Positions 1 through 6,965 of a stretch of 35,569 bases of DNA are shown piece by piece; the first letter of the stretch is position 1, and every line of letters starts with the position of its first letter. The position numbers and the translations under genes were made by a program. This DNA is from Spirochaetota bacterium. GTDB lineage: Bacteria > Spirochaetota > UBA4802 > UBA5550. The notes below the pieces were generated by a model. The model had not been told where the DNA came from. It ran no database searches and saw nothing but the letters and a program-made list of their open reading frames with translations. The stretch covers positions 1 to 35,569 of the forward strand of contig JBNKTL010000051.1 in the NCBI GenBank assembly GCA_050298055.1. Reading direction: 5' to 3'.

Positions 1-73
1 ATATTCCTTTTATTGGTGATATACCCTTAAATTGCAATTAATTCTTGATACTCATGAGTTTTTCAGGAAACTG
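1..73. mobile_element. Possible terminus of an insertion sequence running off the window start
   Basis: GAGTTTTTCAGGAAACTG (56-73) is followed by TTAA and resembles IS5/IS1182-like terminal inverted repeats (GAGTTTTTCAGCAGCCTG-type). It sits exactly where the 63..281 ORF stops abruptly. No transposase is visible. Confidence 0.3.
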
Positions 74-281
74 TTAATACTTTCCTTAAGTAAAAATAAT
101 TTTTTATTTCAATCCCAGCATGAAGAGTTTTGACGATTGTCCCAATTATTGGAAAATCTTTTATTAATCCATCATTTAGAATTGTATCTATGCCGAATTC
201 AGTAATATTTGATATAGCATCAATAGATGGATTTGCTATTTCTTTTTTAAATTCATTATTTAGGTTATCAATTTCTTTCAT
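63..281 (-). pseudogene. AT-rich hypothetical protein, probably C-terminally truncated
   Basis: 72-aa ORF. The segment EFGIDTILNDGLIKDFPIIGTIV resembles the N-terminus of longer accessory-genome proteins. The stop codon lies inside the IS-like terminus. Confidence 0.5.
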
Positions 282-546
282 AATATATAATTGTTAAAAA
301 AATTGCGCACAACTAAAATTACCAAAACCACACAATCTGTGGTATTGAACCACAATATATCACACTGTGAATCACATAACAGATCCCCAAAACCACACTA
401 GGTCCCAGAGATAGAACCCCTCCGAACCAGCCATCCCAATTCATCAGATATGGGCTATTTTCAGAACAGCCAGTTGACAAATATCACTGGTAAGGGGATA
501 AGTAAATAAAACACGTTTCCCAACAAACCGGAACAAGCCAAAAAAA

Positions 547-900
547 TCATTTTAACAGTTCACATATTTCATTTACAATTTGAGATAATTTAATATTGTT
601 ATAATTCTTATTATAGGATTTCCCATTTTGACAATGTTTATTATACAATTCAATAATTCTTTTTTTAGTCCACGGCTTTCTTAAAAATCCCGGTGCAATT
701 ACACTATGCTCATAATCGTAACAAAATTCTTCACCACTTGAATCAATAATTATTGAATAATCATCATCTTCCGGAACTGTAAAGTGATACAAAATTGAAG
801 CCAATTGTTTGTTGTTAAAACACGAGAATATATTCTCTCTATCAATTGCAATGACCGGATATTTAGGATTTCTTAATAGAAATTTAAATTCTTTTTCCAT
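547..900 (-). CDS. Hypothetical protein (117 aa, AT-rich)
   Basis: Uninterrupted ATG-started ORF with protein-like composition; no recognisable motif. Confidence 0.7.
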   Translation of the reverse strand: MEKEFKFLLRNPKYPVIAIDRENIFSCFNNKQLASILYHFTVPEDDDYSIIIDSSGEEFCYDYEHSVIAPGFLRKPWTKKRIIELYNKHCQNGKSYNKNYNNIKLSQIVNEICELLK

Positions 901-926
901 ATTATAAATAGTCAGTTCCCAAAAAG

Positions 927-952
927 TGGATATCCGTTTTCACGGGTATGAC
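927..952. repeat. REP-like 26-bp palindromic element
   Basis: TGGATATCCGTTTTCACGGGTATGAC is 21/26 identical to 13805-13830 and matches the widespread TGGATTCCCG...CGGGAATGAC REP-type palindrome. Confidence 0.7.
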
Positions 953-1041
953 ATTCTGACAATCGCCATCCCCCTTATCTCCTTCTCTTACACTCTTCTC
1001 CCCTGAATCTTATGCCCCCTCTGGGGGTTAGGGGGTCTTAA

Positions 1042-1086
1042 ATCTTCCTCTTCAACTTGGAACTTGAAACTTGTAACCCGAAACTA
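1042..1086. repeat. Degenerate heptamer tandem repeat (AACTTGN) at the 3' end of the ABC operon
   Basis: Units are aacttgg aacttga aacttgt aacccga aact. The reverse complement parallels 29082-29120. Confidence 0.7.
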
Positions 1087-1758
1087 ATCCCCCGAAATCC
1101 TCCCGTCAGTCAAATAGATCAACTTCCGGGCCCTGTCCATGACCATCTTATCGTGCGTGGAAAAGATAAAGGTAATGTTCTTGGAACTGTTCAGTTCATG
1201 CATCAGGTCCAGGAGACCGGCCCCTGTCTTCTGGTCGAGGTTTGCGGTGGGTTCGTCCGCGAGAACGATGTCCGGCTCAGAGACAATGGCCCGGGCCACC
1301 GCCACCCTCTGCTGCTGGCCTCCGGAGAGTTCCTTGGGGAGCCTGTTTATCTCTTTCTCAAGTCCCACTTCAACCAGCATCTTCTTAGCCCGTTCCCTTC
1401 TCTCTTCTTTCTCCACTCCCTGGAGAAGAAGCACATATTCCACATTCTCAAGTGATGTGAGAACAGGGATGAGGTTGTAGGCCTGGAAGACAAAACCGAT
1501 ACTGTTCAGCCTCATATCGGAAAGCTCCTTTGCTGACATCTCCTTAAGAAAATTATCACCGACCCTGACGCTTCCCTCTGTGGGTTTATCAAGGCCCCCG
1601 ATGATGTTCAGGAGCGTGGTTTTCCCCGAGCCGGAAGGACCGGCAATGGCGGTAAATTCTCCCTCCCGGAAGGAAAGGCTTATGTTGTCAATTGCCCTGA
1701 CATTTATCCCGTTAACGTCATAGATCTTTACGAGGTCTTTAATTTCAATGATACTCAT
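1084..1758 (-). CDS. ABC transporter ATP-binding protein (LolD/MacB/FtsE-like)
   Basis: Walker A GPSGSGKT, Q-loop FVFQ, signature LSGGQQQRV, Walker B VLADEPT, H-loop STHD. Confidence 0.97.
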   Translation of the reverse strand: MSIIEIKDLVKIYDVNGINVRAIDNISLSFREGEFTAIAGPSGSGKTTLLNIIGGLDKPTEGSVRVGDNFLKEMSAKELSDMRLNSIGFVFQAYNLIPVLTSLENVEYVLLLQGVEKEERRERAKKMLVEVGLEKEINRLPKELSGGQQQRVAVARAIVSEPDIVLADEPTANLDQKTGAGLLDLMHELNSSKNITFIFSTHDKMVMDRARKLIYLTDGRISGD

Positions 1759-1774
1759 CTAAATTCTCCAGATC

Positions 1775-3010
1775 TTATACATAGTGTAATGCTTCCAGCG
1801 GTTTTATCCTGGCGGCCTTTATTCCCGGGTAAAGGGCCGCCACAAGAACAGTGAAAAAGACAATTATGGTCGCCACCACAACATCCAGTGTTTTCATGAC
1901 CGGGTAGATTATACTTCCCGTACCCCAGAGCCTCATGGACTCCATGTAGAAAGAGAGGTCTATCCCCGTCACCGAAAAAACAAGGACCACGACCACCGCG
2001 GCAACCATTCCCGCCAGCAGCCCCACAATACCGAGATTTACGGCCTCGAATATCACCATAAAGAAAATCAGCCGGGGCCGTGTTCCGATTGACTTCATGA
2101 CACCGATTTCATGAAAACGCTCCATAATGGCCATAACAAGGGTGTTCGCCACGGAGAAAATAACCGTAACAAAGATTATCGCGAAGAAGATATACATCAT
2201 GTTGTCAAAGAGCTTAATGGCGCTCACCAGGTTCGGCGCCATGTCTTTCCAGGAGAGGACCTCAAGGCTTTTGTTGTTTATTGAGCCGATTAACCTTTCT
2301 TTGGTCCGGTCCACCCTCTTCTTGTTGTCAAGTATTACGGTCAGTTCCGAAATATTCTCCCCGATACCGGTAATCTCCTGCAGCTTTTTTATTCCCATGA
2401 AAACAACGTTCTTATCAAAAGAGGAAACCGGGGTCTCAAAAAGGCCTTCAACCACCAGTCCCACACCGGTAATCCTGTTGTCACTGTCCTGTATCATGAC
2501 CACAAGCCTGTCTCCCACCAAAAGGTCCAGTTTCTCGGCCATTGATTTTGATATGAGAATGGAATCTTCACCGGATGACGAGAGAAACCTGCTTCCCTCC
2601 TCCTTGAGGGTATAAGACTCTATTTTAGAGACACTCTTCTCCTTCTCCGGCTCGATGCCCACGATGAGAACGCCCCGTGATGCCTCGCTGGACCTGACCA
2701 TCCCCTGGACCTTGACGTGGGGCGCCACACCCGTAACATGGGGGTCCTCCTCGATTTTCTTCATCATACGATCATCCGCCCTGAAATGAAACTCGAGCTT
2801 CATGTTGTCCTGGAAACCCTTTTTATGGACGGCAATATGCCCCAGGGATGTACTGATGGTATTTTCAACCGCCTGGATATTCATCCCGTTCATAAACGCC
2901 ATGGAAAATATCATGGCAAAAATCCCCAGGGATATTGAGGATATCACAACAAGGGACCTCCGCCTGTTCCTCCAGATATTTCTCCAGCTTATCATCATAT
3001 ATATAAACAT
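1775..3010 (-). CDS. ABC transporter permease, FtsX/MacB-like (LolC/E-type)
   Basis: WRNIWRNRRRS N-terminus, TM1, large periplasmic domain, ERFHEIGVMKSIG, three C-terminal TM helices, PxxKAARIKPLEAL. Confidence 0.95.
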   Translation of the reverse strand: MFIYMMISWRNIWRNRRRSLVVISSISLGIFAMIFSMAFMNGMNIQAVENTISTSLGHIAVHKKGFQDNMKLEFHFRADDRMMKKIEEDPHVTGVAPHVKVQGMVRSSEASRGVLIVGIEPEKEKSVSKIESYTLKEEGSRFLSSSGEDSILISKSMAEKLDLLVGDRLVVMIQDSDNRITGVGLVVEGLFETPVSSFDKNVVFMGIKKLQEITGIGENISELTVILDNKKRVDRTKERLIGSINNKSLEVLSWKDMAPNLVSAIKLFDNMMYIFFAIIFVTVIFSVANTLVMAIMERFHEIGVMKSIGTRPRLIFFMVIFEAVNLGIVGLLAGMVAAVVVVLVFSVTGIDLSFYMESMRLWGTGSIIYPVMKTLDVVVATIIVFFTVLVAALYPGIKAARIKPLEALHYV

Positions 3011-3023
3011 ATTATTACCTTTT

Positions 3024-3149
3024 GCAAATCGATTCAGCCACGTAGATAATGATCTTATCCATTATGTCCCCGCCGCCCGGGGCGGCGGGGACATAATGTT
3101 GATATTTTAATAAATACATTTATTTTAACCATAGAGCCGGGCAATGCCC
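3024..3149. mobile_element. Degenerate MITE copy with perfect GC-rich central palindrome (3061-3097)
   Basis: ATTATGTCCCCGCCGCCC-G-GGGCGGCGGGGACATAAT is closely related to the hairpin in the 13650-13789 element. The left flank ATTCAGCCA resembles that element's TIR. The outer limits are approximate. Confidence 0.55.
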
Positions 3150-3152
3150 CTT

Positions 3153-4400
3153 TTACAACTGCCTGATTGCCTCTATGGGTTTTAACCGGGACGCTCTCCG
3201 TGCCGGGAAAAAGGAAAAGACCAGAGAGAGAATAAAGGTCAATGCCGATGTGAGCAGGAGATTGAGCCAGGTGATTTTCGCGGGAAATGTAACCGTGGAA
3301 ACCCCCCACATCTGCATCTCATCCGCATACTCCGTATAATCAATAGGGTTCAACGTGAAATGATAGGATATGACGGAGCCAAGACTCACACCCAGGATGA
3401 TCCCGAGGAGGGTAATAAATATCGACTCGAAAAGTACCATCCCCACAACCTGTTTCGGTCGTGTCCCGATGGCCAGCATAACACCGATCTCCCGTGTCCT
3501 CTCGAAAACAGACATCTGTATTGTATTGAGTATCCCGAAAGCCACAACCATGAAGAGGATAAAATCAAATATATACGCAGAAAAATCATCCATGACAATA
3601 AACTGTACAAGCTCCGGCATAAGCTCATCCCATCCCATGACTTCCCGGTTTTTCGAATCGGGGCGTGATTTTATGGCGGCCTTGATCTTTTCCGTGGACT
3701 GGGAGTTTTTCAGCCTGATGGTTATGGCGTTTATGTAGTTCATCATTGTAAAGGTGTGCTGGGCCTGCCTGAAAGGCATAAAGACATGGAAGTTGTCATA
3801 TTCCGGGTTCCCCGTGTTGAAAATTCCCACAATGGTGAGGTTCTCCGCCGCGATTGAACCGTCAAAACCCTGGGATATCATGGAGAGTGTGTCACCCACT
3901 CTGACCCCGAGGTTCTTTGCCAGGACTTTTCCTACGACGATACTGTCAGTGTCCGTACTTTTCAGGTATCTCCCCCCTTCCTGGATCTTCAGGTAAATGT
4001 CACTGACGTTCATTTCCGCCTCGGGCTCTATACCCTGTATGAGGGCCGACGAAGTGGTGTTCTCAAAAGAGAGAAGTCCCCCGGCATGTATTCTCCGGGA
4101 AAAACCTTTTATCTCCTCACGGCCCCTGAGACTTTCAAGGAGACTCCGGTAATCCTTAAAAGCATAATCAATGCTCCTGTTCTCCCAGAACCCCTTTTCA
4201 TGGATCTGTATATGTCCCGCGTTTGTGGCAACCGCGTCTTCAATCATCTTATTATGGCCGCCGGTGGCTATGGCATTTAAAAAGATGATCATACCGCAAC
4301 CCACGACTATTGTCAGGAGTGTGAGAATTGTCCTCCTTTTGTTCTTCCAGACATTACGCCAGGCAATACCGGTTATGATTGAAAGCTTCTTTAAATCCAT
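3153..4400 (-). CDS. ABC transporter permease, FtsX/MacB-like (LolC/E-type)
   Basis: AWRNVWKNKRRT, ERTREIGVMLAIG, PARRASRLKPIEAI; paralogue of 1775..3010. Confidence 0.95.
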   Translation of the reverse strand: MDLKKLSIITGIAWRNVWKNKRRTILTLLTIVVGCGMIIFLNAIATGGHNKMIEDAVATNAGHIQIHEKGFWENRSIDYAFKDYRSLLESLRGREEIKGFSRRIHAGGLLSFENTTSSALIQGIEPEAEMNVSDIYLKIQEGGRYLKSTDTDSIVVGKVLAKNLGVRVGDTLSMISQGFDGSIAAENLTIVGIFNTGNPEYDNFHVFMPFRQAQHTFTMMNYINAITIRLKNSQSTEKIKAAIKSRPDSKNREVMGWDELMPELVQFIVMDDFSAYIFDFILFMVVAFGILNTIQMSVFERTREIGVMLAIGTRPKQVVGMVLFESIFITLLGIILGVSLGSVISYHFTLNPIDYTEYADEMQMWGVSTVTFPAKITWLNLLLTSALTFILSLVFSFFPARRASRLKPIEAIRQL

Positions 4401-4410
4401 TGGAGGCCGC

Positions 4411-5181
4411 TTATCTCCCCTTGAGATTTTGCAGAGTAAAGAAACGTGAAGGGATTTTTGTATTGAACCGTGTTGTTTTAATCTTCATCAGGGTATACCT
4501 GTTCTTTTTTTTGACCGTTACCATTTTATAACTTGTGGGAATCACCCTGTCATGCATTTTTTGAAAATCAGAGCAGGTAAGGACTTTCTTGAGGACATTG
4601 TGCTCGTTGTAGAATTCCTCCCTTACGGGAAGGTAATCCTTTTCCCGGGCATAGTAGATGATCTTTCCCCAGACCACCGCGGAGTCAGGTTTCGGTTTAA
4701 GTTCAACGATATGGCAGGGATGTCCGTCAATTGTCTTGTTTCCAATTGTTTTATGATAATAATCTTCATGAATACTGGATTCTTTGACAATATCATCATT
4801 TGAAAAATCGGAACCCATCCAGGATTGAAGCATCATGGAGGGGGATATCTTGATCACCTTCTGCAGTTTCGGGATAAAATGCTTCATGGTGTCCTTTACC
4901 AGGAGAAACCTGTTCCCGGCGTCCTTTTTGGGAGAGATGATCTCCGCGAATGATTTTTTCTGAAGCCTGTTTTCCCAGGACCTCATCTTCAAAGTCCTGG
5001 TCCATCTCCTCGTCTTGATTGTTATTTCGTACAGAGCAACCTGTGTATTCCCCCTCAGTGCCGATTCGGATTTCTTTATGATCTCACCTGCGGAAATCCC
5101 GAAAGACCTTTCAGAAGAATAAATAAATAAGAACAGCATAAGGAAAACTGATAATGCAGCGGCTCCCGGTTTTAAAGACAT
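4411..5181 (-). CDS. Outer-membrane lipoprotein-sorting (LolA-like) periplasmic protein
   Basis: Signal peptide, SPKKDAG..FL and SWMGSDFSNDD motifs, C-terminal FTLQNL; first gene of the ABC operon. Confidence 0.85.
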   Translation of the reverse strand: MSLKPGAAALSVFLMLFLFIYSSERSFGISAGEIIKKSESALRGNTQVALYEITIKTRRWTRTLKMRSWENRLQKKSFAEIISPKKDAGNRFLLVKDTMKHFIPKLQKVIKISPSMMLQSWMGSDFSNDDIVKESSIHEDYYHKTIGNKTIDGHPCHIVELKPKPDSAVVWGKIIYYAREKDYLPVREEFYNEHNVLKKVLTCSDFQKMHDRVIPTSYKMVTVKKKNRYTLMKIKTTRFNTKIPSRFFTLQNLKGR

Positions 5182-5333
5182 ATTGAACTCCCTGTTATTA
5201 TTTTACTCTGTTCCGTAGTAACAAAAAGATTATTAAAGATCAACAAAAAAACGGTGTAATGCAGGTAGAAGTCAACCCTCTGGGGGCAGTGATTTTCGAT
5301 ACGCCGAAGGTGCTGTGAGTAAAATTTTATAAA

Positions 5334-6422
5334 TTACTCAAAGAGGTAGTGAATAATATTCGATTCCACAATTTCTGTTTTAACCATCTGGTTTGAATAG
5401 AGGTCTCTTGATGCATGGAAAAACTTATCCCCCAGCATATCAAGCCGTGTGGAAATCCTGTTAAAATATGTTGTGGGGAAAGAGTCGATCAGACTGAGAA
5501 ATGACATGAGGCTCTCCTCATTTTTCAGGTATTGAGACAGAATGGAATGATCGATGTTCAGGATAATATTTGAAAGTGACTGATAGATATTAAAATAGTG
5601 TGACCTGTAAATTTCATCATTACTTATGACCTTTGTGCTTTTAAAAATCCATTTAACAGCCTCAAGATCCAGCCCCCTGTTCAGGTTCAGCTCAATAAGG
5701 AGAAATGCAAAGTTGAGCGCATGAACATCATAGGGAAGATCATTTGACTTAATATCCTCAAGAGAAAACTTTCTTCCGTATTTAACAAGGTCATTAATAA
5801 TACTGTTTTCCCTGTTGAGCATCTCGACATTTGAAGATCCCTGCTTACTGTTGAAGATCCCGGCAGCGGCAAGACACTTAATCTCGATGCAGAATTCCCC
5901 CTGCAGGATCTGGTAATAAAAGCTGAGGAGGTTCTCAACATCAAAGCTGATGAGGGCCCTCAGTATTGATTTCTGCAGATGGGTCTGCTCGTAAAACTCC
6001 GTCATAAGTTCAGGTATGAACTCTGAAAGCCTGTACTGGCAGATAATGATCGCGTCATCATGACAGATAAGCCTGCCGGCAAGAGATCTTTTATAGATAT
6101 CAAGACCCTGAAAAACCTCGAGATATATCTTCACCCTGTTGTAGAGATCATCAATGATATAACTCTTTACATTAATTTCGGAACTGCCGTTTTCATTTAA
6201 CTCGAAGATTATCTGGTCAAGCAGTTCTATGAAGTTGAGAGAAATCTGGTCCGGTTCGGTCAGTATATCCGGGGAGAAATAGTCCCCGAATTTCTCAATT
6301 GAGAGAGCGGAGATCTGTTTGAGAGCATCCTCTTTCGATTTTGATGCGGTAAGAAGCTGATAGCATTCTTCGGCAAAGCCAATGAGTCCATCCTTATCCA
6401 ATGTAACCCCGCTTCTAATCAT
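5334..6422 (-). CDS. Hypothetical protein (362 aa, predicted all-alpha, cytoplasmic)
   Basis: Long ORF rich in Leu/Ile/Ser/Glu, with no signal peptide or recognisable motif. Confidence 0.8.
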   Translation of the reverse strand: MIRSGVTLDKDGLIGFAEECYQLLTASKSKEDALKQISALSIEKFGDYFSPDILTEPDQISLNFIELLDQIIFELNENGSSEINVKSYIIDDLYNRVKIYLEVFQGLDIYKRSLAGRLICHDDAIIICQYRLSEFIPELMTEFYEQTHLQKSILRALISFDVENLLSFYYQILQGEFCIEIKCLAAAGIFNSKQGSSNVEMLNRENSIINDLVKYGRKFSLEDIKSNDLPYDVHALNFAFLLIELNLNRGLDLEAVKWIFKSTKVISNDEIYRSHYFNIYQSLSNIILNIDHSILSQYLKNEESLMSFLSLIDSFPTTYFNRISTRLDMLGDKFFHASRDLYSNQMVKTEIVESNIIHYLFE

Positions 6423-6643
6423 TGATTTCCCTGAACCAATACGTTTTTACAGTTTTTTTCTTTCTCTTGCTATTTTTATTAAATTTTTATATATTTCACT
6501 TAATTGCTTATAGCTTTTAATCAGAGGGTAATATTGTCGAGAATTTTTTTCTTTTTTCCCAAATAAAAGGGAAACATTTTATGGATAGACTTTTATAAAA
6601 ATAATTCATGAAAAAGATAACTGTAAATATGTTTATTTTGTCC

Positions 6644-6934
6644 ATATAGCTGAGTAGTTATTAAATATATGATAAATGGGTAGTTATGTAAATTTTTATA
6701 AAAGGTCACTATAATAATATCCATCTTGTTTAATATATACTCATGTTGAACCGAAAATTAATAATAAGAATTGAAGATATTACTCAGCTATGAGTAAGAA
6801 TAATCATGTTTATCTTCGCCATCGAAGGCGGTAGAAACATATTGTTGGTATTATTGTACAGAGATTTGTTTTTTTGTTATATTGCTGAGTAGTTAGTAAA
6901 TATGTATATTTTAGCCATACAGCTCAGTCATTAC
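6644..6934. mobile_element. Cluster of decayed/nested MITE copies
   Basis: TIR-like ends at 6645-6661 (TATAGCTGAGTAGTTAT), 6776-6791 (GATATTACTCAGCTAT), 6881-6896 (ATTGCTGAGTAGTTAG) and 6917-6934 (CATACAGCTCAGTCATTAC). There is a degenerate hairpin ...CGCC-ATCGAA-GGCGG... at about 6806-6841. Confidence 0.65.
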
Positions 6935-6965
6935 AAATTGAAGATATGAGAAACGGGAATATATA

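Noticed and set aside
302..329. Chromosomal dif site
   Set aside because: Only the XerC-like arm matches; the XerD arm (TTATGTTAAAT) is not conserved.
330..400. NrdR-box-like ACCACAATATAT motifs
   Set aside because: Only half of the palindrome matches and no ribonucleotide reductase gene is nearby.
1084..5181. lolCDE/lolA gene symbols or a novel system
   Set aside because: This is a widespread FtsX-type ABC operon with a LolA-like partner. Orthology to true Lol proteins cannot be shown from sequence alone.
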